Below, piece after piece: positions 1-8,379 of a stretch of 64,000 nucleotides of DNA. The stretch is taken from IMG/VR virus record IMGVR_UViG_3300026484_000088; one strand, written 5' to 3'. Source of the DNA: an uncultured virus (IMG/VR IMGVR_UViG_3300026484_000088). Taxonomy: Duplodnaviria; Heunggongvirae; Uroviricota; Caudoviricetes. Positions within the stretch are counted from its first letter, which is position 1, and each line of letters starts with the position of its first letter. Made by a program: the position numbers and the translations under genes. A model generated the notes under the pieces. The model was not told where the DNA came from. It saw only the letters and a program-made list of their open reading frames with translations, and searched no databases.

Positions 1-122
1 AACAAAACAATATAAATTAAGATGTAATTGTCAAGATTAAGATATAGTCTGGTCTTTAGTGAAAACTAAAGCTGCAGGTGATGCTGCGGAGTAAGAGTAA
101 CGACCTTACTTGAACATAAACG
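1..122 (+). mobile_element. Group I intron, 3' part, interrupting the primase gene
   Basis: S element AAGATATAGTCT (39-50); P9 hairpin CTTTAGT-GAAA-ACTAAAG (54-71); further P9-type stems; terminal G at 122 followed in frame by AAA GGG AAA TCT (KGKS). Confidence 0.85.
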
Positions 123-2054
123 AAAGGGAAATCTATAAATATCATAGAAAATGATATTTTAAGGGGTTTTAAGGATAAGTTTATCAAAGAGGTATTACCA
201 ACACAAGTTGAGAAGAGTTTGGCTAAAATAGCCTCTGAGAGAGCAAGTATTGCTGGTTTGGATCCAGATGAAGTATATCAGAATTTGATTAGAGAATATA
301 AAGGTACAGGACCGTTCTTATTTAACTTTGATGGTGGTACAGCAGCAGCAATTAAACAACTAAGACATAAATTATTACTGGCTGGTTTAGGTGCTATGAA
401 TTTAGAAATGGATGAAGTAGGTGCTAATTTATCAGCTAATATAGATATGCTTAATGTATTTATTGAGTTGTATGATGTAGGTAAAGTAAAACCTAAGATT
501 ACTAAAAATACTCAAGAAAATAAAAGAAATGAAAGTATAGACGGAATAACACCTGCTAATGTATTATTATTTGGTACTCCAAGTAAATTATTAGATGGTG
601 GAAAAACTGAGCAAGAGTTTTATAGTCTTTTAGATATGGGATATGCGAGAAGAATGTTATTTGCTTATATGCCTAAAATATCTAAAGAGAAACTATCAGC
701 TAAAGAAAAACTAGATATGCTTAGAGATAAATCTTCTGGTTTATTCATAGAAACTCTATATAAACACTTTGAAAAATTAGCTATTGATACTAATATAAAT
801 AAGAAACTATTTGTTAGAGATGATTATCTATTAAAATTATTAGAATATCAGGCTTATTGTGAAGAAAGAGCAGAAGCATTAAAAGAACATCAGGAAATGG
901 AAAAAGCTGAAATTATGCATAGATATTTTAGAGCATTAAAACTTTCAGGAGCATATGCTTTTATAGAAGAATCAGAAGAAGTTAAATTAGAACACTTACA
1001 ACAAGCTATTAAATTAGTAGAAGATAGTGGTATTGCCTTTAGAAATATTCTTAAAAGAGAAAAGACTTATGTTAAATTAGCTAAATATGTAGCAGAATTA
1101 GATGAAGATGTTACTCATGCTGATTTACACGAAGATTTACCTTTCTATAAAGGAAGTACTGCTACTAAAAAGGAAATGTTAGATTTAGCTATTGCTTGGG
1201 GATATAAACATTCTATTATTATTAAAAAAAGAATAGTAGATGGTATAGAATTTCTAAGTGGAGAAGCTTTAAAAGAGTTTGATCCAGAAAATGTGATACT
1301 AAGTTATTCAACTGATATGACTTATAATTATAAAAATGTAAATGTAAATTGGGTAGATTTACCTAAATTATTTACAAGTGATAATTTACACTGGATCAAT
1401 CATCATTTAAAAGATGGAGATAAAAGTGAGGGACATAGAGCAACTATTAATGCTTTACCTGGTTCAAATTTAGTAGTATTAGATGTAGATGGTGGAACTA
1501 AGTTAGAAATGGCTAAAGAGTTATTAAAAGAGTATACTTATTATATTTATACTACTAAAAGACATGATCCAAAAGGTGAACATCGATTTAGGGTAATATT
1601 ACCTTTAACACATGAAGTAAAATTAGGTGCTGAAGAGTATAAAGATTTTATGAATAGAATATTTAATTGGTTACCATTTGAAGTAGATTCAGCAAGTAAT
1701 CAGATAGTTAAAAAATGGTTAACTAATAAAGATGCAATAGTTTATTTTAATGAAGGAGAGTTAATGAATGCTATGTTATTTATACCACATACTAAAAAAG
1801 CTGATGAATTATCTCATGATAGAGCATTAATTAGTTCTATGAGTAATTTAGAAGCTTGGTTTTATAAAGAATGGAAAGATGGAAATAGAAATAAAGCATT
1901 ATTTAGATATGCTATGGTTCTTAAGGATAATGGTTATGATTTAGTATCTATTAAAAATGCAATATTTGAATTTAATAGAAAAACGCCTGATCCATTAGAA
2001 GAAACAGAAATATATGATTCTGTTATGGTTACGTTAGCTAAAGAGTTTAAATAA
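123..2054 (+). CDS. N4-like DNA primase, 3' exon (ATPase-like N-region, AEP-like primase, PriCT-like C-terminus)
   Basis: Frame is open from 120; KGKSINIIE (tail of P-loop), LEMDEVG, LLFGTPSKLLDG, GYARR, VVLDVDG, YTTKRH, RFRVILP, GNRNKALF; N4-type position before AAA and SSB genes. Confidence 0.85.
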   Translation, partial: KGKSINIIENDILRGFKDKFIKEVLPTQVEKSLAKIASERASIAGLDPDEVYQNLIREYKGTGPFLFNFDGGTAAAIKQLRHKLLLAGLGAMNLEMDEVGANLSANIDMLNVFIELYDVGKVKPKITKNTQENKRNESIDGITPANVLLFGTPSKLLDGGKTEQEFYSLLDMGYARRMLFAYMPKISKEKLSAKEKLDMLRDKSSGLFIETLYKHFEKLAIDTNINKKLFVRDDYLLKLLEYQAYCEERAEALKEHQEMEKAEIMHRYFRALKLSGAYAFIEESEEVKLEHLQQAIKLVEDSGIAFRNILKREKTYVKLAKYVAELDEDVTHADLHEDLPFYKGSTATKKEMLDLAIAWGYKHSIIIKKRIVDGIEFLSGEALKEFDPENVILSYSTDMTYNYKNVNVNWVDLPKLFTSDNLHWINHHLKDGDKSEGHRATINALPGSNLVVLDVDGGTKLEMAKELLKEYTYYIYTTKRHDPKGEHRFRVILPLTHEVKLGAEEYKDFMNRIFNWLPFEVDSASNQIVKKWLTNKDAIVYFNEGELMNAMLFIPHTKKADELSHDRALISSMSNLEAWFYKEWKDGNRNKALFRYAMVLKDNGYDLVSIKNAIFEFNRKTPDPLEETEIYDSVMVTLAKEFK

Positions 2055-2067
2055 GGAGGTAAAAATA

Positions 2068-2265
2068 TTGAAATTTGAAGAAATAGAAAAAGAATATATG
2101 GAATTCTTGGATAAAGTATATAGTGATTTACTTAATACTTATCCAAGTATTGTTATTAAAGCATATTTAGATGAAAATATGTGGGAAGAAAAAGTAATTG
2201 AATTTGGTAAAAATGCATTAGATATTGATACCGAACCAGAAGAAGATGAAGATTTATATATCTAA
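2068..2265 (+). CDS. Hypothetical acidic protein
   Basis: 65-aa ORF with strong RBS AGGAGGT, TTG start. Confidence 0.6.
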   Translation: MKFEEIEKEYMEFLDKVYSDLLNTYPSIVIKAYLDENMWEEKVIEFGKNALDIDTEPEEDEDLYI

Positions 2266-2274
2266 GGAGATTAA

Positions 2275-3000
2275 ATGGATAATAGAATAGTATTAGTAAT
2301 GGGCGTTCCGGCCAGTGGAAAGACGCTCAGTTTAAGAAATTTAAAAAACCCAGAAGGAGTATTATATTTAAACTTTGATGGTAAAGGTTTACCTTTTAAT
2401 AATAAATTTAAAGAAATAAAAGTAAAAGATGTAGCTGAAACTTTAAATTATCTTGATGCAGTAAGTGAGAGAGAAGATATACATACAGTTGTATTAGATA
2501 CACTTACTTATATGATGGATCAATATGAAACTCAATATGTAGTGTATAGTTCTAATACGATGAAATCATGGTCAGATTATCAGCAATTCTATAAACAAGT
2601 ATTACATAAATGTAAAATGAGTGGTAAAAATGTTATAGTATTGGCTCATAGTGATACAGTTATGAATGATACTGAAATGGTGTTAGAAACAAAAGTACCT
2701 ATTAAAGGGGCTATTGCTAGGAGAGGAGTTGAAGCTGACTTTGAAGTTATTTTATCAAGTAAAACAATACCTTTAAAGAAATTAGAGTATTTAGGTAAAA
2801 CACCTTTATTACAACCAGAATCAACAGATGAACAATTTGGTTTTAAGTATGTATTTCAAACTATGATAGATAAAGATACTATAAATGAAAAAATGAGAGC
2901 GCCATTAGGTTTTTGGAAATATCCAGAAGAAAAATATATTAATAACGATTTACAATTAGTTATTGATAAATTAAATAATTATTTCGGAAAACCAGAATAA
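2275..3000 (+). CDS. AAA-family ATPase (Sak4-like, N4 gp44-like)
   Basis: Walker A GVPASGKT, VVLDTLT, GVEADF; synteny. Confidence 0.85.
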   Translation: MDNRIVLVMGVPASGKTLSLRNLKNPEGVLYLNFDGKGLPFNNKFKEIKVKDVAETLNYLDAVSEREDIHTVVLDTLTYMMDQYETQYVVYSSNTMKSWSDYQQFYKQVLHKCKMSGKNVIVLAHSDTVMNDTEMVLETKVPIKGAIARRGVEADFEVILSSKTIPLKKLEYLGKTPLLQPESTDEQFGFKYVFQTMIDKDTINEKMRAPLGFWKYPEEKYINNDLQLVIDKLNNYFGKPE

Positions 3001-3003
3001 AAC

Positions 3004-3031
3004 TTGACAAATTAAAAAATTCTGATATAAT
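3004..3031 (+). promoter_or_regulatory. Sigma70-type promoter
   Basis: TTGACA-16nt-TATAAT with extended TG. Confidence 0.75.
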
Positions 3032-3194
3032 TAGAACATCCAATGTTCATTGCGATGTTCTAAAATAATATCAATTAATAAAAAAATCTATTTAATAGAG
3101 TCAAGTTTATAAGTTAGCCAACCACTTTATCTTCTTGGCTCTCTTAAGTAGCTTTAAAAAGATAGAAGGTTGGCAACTTCTACTGACTACTTAA
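3031..3194 (+). ncRNA. Putative structured leader or ncRNA with loop-loop complementarity
   Basis: Three stems (3031-3063, 3097-3142, 3144-3194); loop 3111-3123 is complementary to 3168-3179. Confidence 0.5.
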
Positions 3195-3216
3195 ATATTT
3201 ATCGCTAAAGGTATAT

Positions 3217-3813
3217 ATGTTAAATTTTAAAGATATGGCTTTCACAGCTACAGGGAGTTATATTATGTTAGGGGATCTTATACCCAAAAATAAAGTAACT
3301 TTGTTACATGGAAAAAGTGGTGCAGGTAAAACATTAAGTATTATTAAATACTTTGAAAATTTAGAAATTGAACCAGTATTGATAGACTTTGATGACAATA
3401 TAAGTTATTCTACAAGAAAAATTATTCATTTAGATGGTTATAAATTCTTAGATTATTATCTATCAGATAAAACTCAAGAAGAAGTATTAGATTTATTAAA
3501 AGGAAAAGTAGTAATTATAGATACTTATGCTAAATGTAATCTTGCTTTAGAGGAAAGAGAAGTAAAACTTAAAACTCAAGATGTAGCAACAAAATTAAGT
3601 GACTATGGAATTACTGTAGTAGTTATAGCACATAGTAATATATTTGCAGGTAAAGCACCTGAACCAGATACAGATATTGTATTTGCTAATCATGTTGCTT
3701 GTAGATTATTTTTAAATTTTAAAATAGTTAAAAAGAAACCAGAAATACAATTAATTATAGAAAAATTAAGAAATAAACCAACAGATATTATAGAAAATTG
3801 GATGAGAGATTGA
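3217..3813 (+). CDS. P-loop NTPase (RecA/AAA-like)
   Basis: GKSGAGKT, VVIIDT, VVVIAH, IEKLRN. Confidence 0.7.
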   Translation: MLNFKDMAFTATGSYIMLGDLIPKNKVTLLHGKSGAGKTLSIIKYFENLEIEPVLIDFDDNISYSTRKIIHLDGYKFLDYYLSDKTQEEVLDLLKGKVVIIDTYAKCNLALEEREVKLKTQDVATKLSDYGITVVVIAHSNIFAGKAPEPDTDIVFANHVACRLFLNFKIVKKKPEIQLIIEKLRNKPTDIIENWMRD

Positions 3814-3820
3814 TTCTCTC

Positions 3821-3855
3821 TGGTTCGGTAGCACATAGAACCACTAAAAGCTACC
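3821..3855 (+). promoter_or_regulatory. H-type pseudoknot in the ssb leader
   Basis: Interleaved perfect 6-bp stems TGGTTC/GAACCA and GGTAGC/GCTACC. Confidence 0.6.
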
Positions 3856-3889
3856 ACATTTAAAAATAAAATAAACACAAGGAGAGATA

Positions 3890-4564
3890 ATGGGTATTTT
3901 TAGTATTCCAAAAGATGTAGAAAAAGAAGAAGTAAAAGATAGTTTAGGTGGCGGAAATTTTGTATGGGACACAGGTGTATATGATGTGAAAATTACAAGA
4001 GCATTTATTGATAAATCTAGAGGTGGAGCAATTAGTGTTAATTTAACATTAGAAACACCAGAAGGTAAGAAATTAGATTTAACAGAATATGTAACTAATA
4101 GAGAAGGTGTAAACTTTTATGTAGATAAAAAAACAGGTAAAAAGAAATTATTACCAGGATTAGCTAAAATGAATGGTTTAGCAGAGTTATTAGTAGGTAA
4201 ACCATTAGAAGAGTGTGAACTTGAAGAAAAGATGGTAGAAATATATGACTTTGATGCAGGTAAAAGAGTTGCAAGACCTAAACAAGTAATTATGGATCTT
4301 TTAAATATACCAGCTAAAGTAGGTATTGTTAAAGTAATTGATTGGAAAAATCAAGATAAAACAGAAACTAAAGAAAAGAATGAATTAAACAAAGTATTTG
4401 ATGAGAAGGGATTTACATTAGCAGAAAAAACTGCAGGAGAAGAGACACCTAAATTCATTGAAAAATATAAAGAAAGCAGAACAGCTGATTATGTAAAAGA
4501 TAAAACAGGTGGAAAAGCTAAACCATCAACAAGTAAAAATAAAGATAAAAAGTTACCATTTTAA
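3890..4564 (+). CDS. ssb: Single-stranded DNA-binding protein (N4 gp45-like)
   Basis: DSLGGG..DTGVY, SRGGA, NFY, LPG, IYDFDA; C-terminal LPF; synteny. Confidence 0.8.
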   Translation: MGIFSIPKDVEKEEVKDSLGGGNFVWDTGVYDVKITRAFIDKSRGGAISVNLTLETPEGKKLDLTEYVTNREGVNFYVDKKTGKKKLLPGLAKMNGLAELLVGKPLEECELEEKMVEIYDFDAGKRVARPKQVIMDLLNIPAKVGIVKVIDWKNQDKTETKEKNELNKVFDEKGFTLAEKTAGEETPKFIEKYKESRTADYVKDKTGGKAKPSTSKNKDKKLPF

Positions 4565-4576
4565 AAAGTACCTAAA

Positions 4577-5008
4577 ATGCTTAAAGGTACATATTCTTGT
4601 ATAAAAGATGAAAATTGTATAGGTAGTTTTAATATACCTTTACAATTTGAATTAGGTAAAGTTAAAAAGAAAAAATATTCATTAAACTTGAATACATATA
4701 GAAATTTACATTATCAAGTAAATAATAATCTAAAAGTATTAGTTTCTGAATATATAAAAGATTTTGTATTAATTTTACCTATACATGAACCAGTAAGAAT
4801 AGACTATATTATATATCCTGGTTCAAAGAGAAGAATGGATTTAGATAATATGGTAGTTATTGCTAAATATGTGCAAGATGGTTTAGTTAGTGCAGGTATA
4901 TTAAAAGATGATGATTATAAGCATGTAGTTAATATATCTTTTCAAGTTGGTGGATTAGATCCAGATAAAAAAGGTTATTGTAAAGTTACAATAAGGAAAA
5001 TAAAATGA
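4577..5008 (+). CDS. RusA-like Holliday junction resolvase
   Basis: LNLNTYRN, RRMDLDN, DGLVSAGILKDDD. Confidence 0.75.
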   Translation: MLKGTYSCIKDENCIGSFNIPLQFELGKVKKKKYSLNLNTYRNLHYQVNNNLKVLVSEYIKDFVLILPIHEPVRIDYIIYPGSKRRMDLDNMVVIAKYVQDGLVSAGILKDDDYKHVVNISFQVGGLDPDKKGYCKVTIRKIK

Positions 5009-5397
5009 AAAAGAAAACAATACTTCATATAATTAAATATATTTCTGTATTAAATAATAGTATATTAAATACAGAAATTACAATTGCAAATAATTTAGAG
5101 CAAGTTATAAAATCTGATACTTTAAATTCAATAGGACATATAATTTTTAAACAAATTAATGCGTTAGGAGTTAATACCAGTATTATACAATCATTATTAG
5201 ATGTTTTAGAAACTACATCTATAAATAATTTAAATGTTGCTATTGAAGATTTAGATGTATATATAAATGATTTCTTATTAAAATTTAAAGATAATATAAG
5301 TAATGAAAATAATGAAGTATTTATATTAATTACTTATACACAAGAAATAAGAGATTTATTACAAATAGAATTAGATAGTTTAAAGGAAAAGCAATGA
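5005..5397 (+). CDS. Hypothetical protein
   Basis: 130-aa ORF overlapping both neighbours (ATGA). Confidence 0.55.
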   Translation: MKKKTILHIIKYISVLNNSILNTEITIANNLEQVIKSDTLNSIGHIIFKQINALGVNTSIIQSLLDVLETTSINNLNVAIEDLDVYINDFLLKFKDNISNENNEVFILITYTQEIRDLLQIELDSLKEKQ

Positions 5398-5675
5398 AAA
5401 TTGAATTTAACCAAGAAGAATTAGTAGAAGGTATTTTATTACTTTTAGAAGAACAAGGTTTTAAAAAAGATAATTTTATAGTACAAAACTTTAGATTTGT
5501 AAGTGGTAGAGGAGAAAATGGTGATAGAGTTGAAGTAGAATTATGTAAGAAACTACCTACTTTAATAGAACCAATAAAAGAAAATGATGAAGAGGATGTG
5601 TCTAAAGAAGATGATCCATTTAAAGAAGAAAATAACAATAATAAAAAAACTGTTGGTGATTTATTTAAATCATAA
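5394..5675 (+). CDS. Hypothetical protein resembling the small conserved N4-like gene after the resolvase
   Basis: MKIEFNQEELVEGI start, acidic tail ending ..LFKS. Confidence 0.6.
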   Translation: MKIEFNQEELVEGILLLLEEQGFKKDNFIVQNFRFVSGRGENGDRVEVELCKKLPTLIEPIKENDEEDVSKEDDPFKEENNNNKKTVGDLFKS

Positions 5676-5684
5676 GGAGATAAG

Positions 5685-5864
5685 ATGAAAGAACAAGAAA
5701 AACAATTAAGAGATGAATTATATGCAGTAGCTATAGATTTACAAACAGAAATAAATTCTTTAAATAAAAGAGATACTAAATCAGGTAAATTAAGACTTAG
5801 AAAATTGACTTTAACTTTAGAAAAGATTGGTAAAGAATATAGAAAAGTAAGTATAAAGGTTTAA
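5685..5864 (+). CDS. Small basic Hc1/histone-H1-like protein (59 aa, not in the ORF track)
   Basis: RBS AAGGAG; MKEQEKQ...TKSGKLRLRKLTLTLEKIGKEYRKVS resembles the Hc1 N-domain pattern K.AG.RARK..L.LEK..KEFRK.S. Confidence 0.65.
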   Translation: MKEQEKQLRDELYAVAIDLQTEINSLNKRDTKSGKLRLRKLTLTLEKIGKEYRKVSIKV

Positions 5865-5865
5865 T

Positions 5866-7692
5866 ATGGTTGAATTATTATATATAAGTCCTTTGTGGCT
5901 TATTAGTAATGGTATAAGACAAAGTCATGATACGACAGATAAAGCTGATAGTTATTGGTTAATTTCAAATCAATTTAAATGTCCTTATTGTGGTTCTGAT
6001 AAAACAGAAGTATCATTAAGTCAATATGAATGTAATGTAACTGGTGTATGTTTAGATTGTGAAGCTAATTTACAGATACATATAGGTGAAAAAGATTATG
6101 ATTTAATAAAACGAGTAGGTTTTAAATTTAAACATTGTTATAGTGAAGACACTGAAGTGTTAACAAAAAATGGTTGGAAATTAATTAAAGAAGTTAATTT
6201 TAATGATGAAATAATTACACTTAATCCAAAAACTAACTATATTGAGTATCATAAACCTACAAGGTTATTCAAATATGAACATAATGATGAAATGATACAT
6301 TTTAAATCAAGAAATATTGATTTAATAGTTACAAAAAATCATAAATTGTGGGTTGCTAAAGATTCAAGTAAAAATAGAAAATATGATGAAAGAAAATTTG
6401 AGTTAGATTATGCGATTAATTTTTTAGATAAAAGACACTATCAAACAGTAAGAAGTAATGGGGTATATGGTTCTATTAATTATAATAATAATTTAATGAA
6501 ATTAATTGGTTTTTTTATTGGTGACGGTTATATGAATTTGAGTTACGGAAAACAAATTAAGTTTCATATTAAAAAAGAAAGAAAAATAAAATTTATAAAA
6601 GATTTAACAATTAATCTTGGTTTTAGTTTAACAAAACTAAAAAATAATCAATATGCAATTACTATTAATAATAAAGAAACTTTAGAGTTATTTAAAGCAT
6701 GTTATACAGATAGAAAAGAAAAGACAATTCCTAGAAAGATATTATTTAATGCTATGCAAGAGAATTTAAAAAATTTAATGTATGGTTATCTTTTTGCTGA
6801 TGGTGATTATAAATTACTTAAAAGAGGAATATATGAAGCTACAACCACAAGTAAAAGACTCGTAGATGATTTACAATCATTAGCTGTTTTAGTTGGTTAT
6901 GGTTTTACAAAATTAAATTTTGTACCTAAAAGAGAGGATGTACTTTGGAAAAACGGTAAAATTACAAAAAAAGAAAATATTAAAGAATTATTTACTTTTA
7001 GAATTTTAACTAAAAAACTTGATGTTAGATTTAATAATTCTAATAAAGAACCAAAACCTGAAATTATTAAATACAATGGGTATATTTATTCTTTAGAAGT
7101 ACCAAATCACATAATTATGGTAAGAAGAAATGAGAAAATGGTTTGGTCAGGAAACAGTAGCGTATTAGAACATAGTTTAATTGTATTTGAATTTGAAGCG
7201 AGTAGAGCTTTACTTCAAGAATTATCAAGGCATAGGATTGGTGTTAGTCCTACTATAAAATCTACAAGATATACTCTTAAAGAATTAAGAAACGAAAAGA
7301 GTTTTATTACTTATGGTGAAGTTGTAGGAGAAAATGTAGCTACACATTATGACTTAGATAGAGCCAGTAAATATGTAGTATTAACTGATGATGATACAAC
7401 CAATGCTTATATCATAAATGCTCTTGAAAGAGTTAAATGGTTAATTCAAGAAAATAGGTCTAATGATATAGCGAAATATGCTTTACCGGAAGCTTATAAA
7501 TTTAAAGGACAAGTAAGTTTTAATTTAAGAAGTTTATTACATTTACTTAAATTAAGGATTGATAAATCAGCTTTAAAAGAATTTAGATTATTGTGTAAGG
7601 ATATTATTGATTCTTTACCACCTGAATGGAAAGAATTAATATTATTAGATGAACAAATAAAAAAGAATTATAAGGAATTAAGTAATGGATAA
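5866..7692 (+). CDS. thyX: Flavin-dependent thymidylate synthase with intein
   Basis: KH|SSVLEH after intein removal; SRALLQELSRHRIGVSPTIKSTRY ThyX signature; AKYALPE; NLRSL. Confidence 0.92.
   Translation: MVELLYISPLWLISNGIRQSHDTTDKADSYWLISNQFKCPYCGSDKTEVSLSQYECNVTGVCLDCEANLQIHIGEKDYDLIKRVGFKFKHCYSEDTEVLTKNGWKLIKEVNFNDEIITLNPKTNYIEYHKPTRLFKYEHNDEMIHFKSRNIDLIVTKNHKLWVAKDSSKNRKYDERKFELDYAINFLDKRHYQTVRSNGVYGSINYNNNLMKLIGFFIGDGYMNLSYGKQIKFHIKKERKIKFIKDLTINLGFSLTKLKNNQYAITINNKETLELFKACYTDRKEKTIPRKILFNAMQENLKNLMYGYLFADGDYKLLKRGIYEATTTSKRLVDDLQSLAVLVGYGFTKLNFVPKREDVLWKNGKITKKENIKELFTFRILTKKLDVRFNNSNKEPKPEIIKYNGYIYSLEVPNHIIMVRRNEKMVWSGNSSVLEHSLIVFEFEASRALLQELSRHRIGVSPTIKSTRYTLKELRNEKSFITYGEVVGENVATHYDLDRASKYVVLTDDDTTNAYIINALERVKWLIQENRSNDIAKYALPEAYKFKGQVSFNLRSLLHLLKLRIDKSALKEFRLLCKDIIDSLPPEWKELILLDEQIKKNYKELSNG
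6136..7155 (+). mobile_element. Intein (340 aa) with LAGLIDADG endonuclease in ThyX
   Basis: Starts CYSEDTEVLTKNG; block B VTKNHK; LIGFFIGDG and YGYLFADG; ends VWSGN followed by Ser. Confidence 0.92.
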
Positions 7693-7969
7693 AAGTAAAG
7701 TAATATATAGAAGTACTAAAAAGGATGACAAAGGTTATTATTTAAGAGTAAAAATTGTAGAAGAAAATACAGTTGCATTATTAACAGAAGGTTCTTTAAG
7801 TATGTTAATAGTTAAAGATATTTCTGATGGGAGTTTATTTGCAATAAGTCCTATAACTTTTGAGAAAAATTTTAAAATAGAAACATCAATCACAGAGGAA
7901 ACTACTAAAGATACAGAAATTGAGGATTTTATTGTAGCATTACAAGAATTCCTAAAAAGTGTAAAATAA
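7685..7969 (+). CDS. Hypothetical protein
   Basis: 94-aa ORF with RBS. Confidence 0.6.
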   Translation: MDKSKVIYRSTKKDDKGYYLRVKIVEENTVALLTEGSLSMLIVKDISDGSLFAISPITFEKNFKIETSITEETTKDTEIEDFIVALQEFLKSVK

Positions 7970-7991
7970 TAGAATCTTTTTGATTCTATTA
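7967..7991. terminator. Intergenic hairpin, possible terminator
   Basis: TAATAGAATC-TTTTT-GATTCTATTA perfect 10-bp stem. Confidence 0.4.
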
Positions 7992-8007
7992 AGAAAGTAA
8001 ATAAAAG

Positions 8008-8211
8008 ATGATTAGTTACTTTAGTAATGAATTTATGATTTATTTAAGTAGATGGATATTTAGTGGTTTTATTATGATAATTCCACTTTATTTTTTAGTA
8101 CAATTTCAATGTTGTAAATCTAATTACCAAAAATATATTCATCTTATTTTAGTACAAATTATAGGTGCATTTATATTTTGGTATATAGATCAATTAATAT
8201 TTAAAGGGTAA
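8008..8211 (+). CDS. Small two-TM membrane protein
   Basis: Two hydrophobic segments; ends FWYIDQLIFKG. Confidence 0.6.
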   Translation: MISYFSNEFMIYLSRWIFSGFIMIIPLYFLVQFQCCKSNYQKYIHLILVQIIGAFIFWYIDQLIFKG

Positions 8212-8214
8212 ACA

Positions 8215-8379
8215 ATGATAGATAAAACATTTGAAATTCAAGGAAATGGTTTTGGGTTATATAGAGTAATTATAGTAAAAGATTTAAAATTTGTTAAAGC
8301 TGTAACAGATTATAAATTTAAAACTAAAGATGAAGCTAGAGAATATATTGTTTCATTATATAGAGTAAATGCAGAATAA
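8215..8379 (+). CDS. Small hypothetical protein (54 aa, not in the ORF track)
   Basis: MIDKTFEIQGNGFG...; fills the gap, TAATG overlap with the next gene. Confidence 0.55.
   Translation: MIDKTFEIQGNGFGLYRVIIVKDLKFVKAVTDYKFKTKDEAREYIVSLYRVNAE

Noticed and set aside
219..221. TTG start of the 611-aa ORF
   Set aside because: The frame is open from 120 and conserved primase residues lie upstream; this is a 3' exon
3821..3860. preQ1-I riboswitch
   Set aside because: Superficial GGUUC and A-rich similarity only; the stem arrangement differs and the downstream gene is ssb
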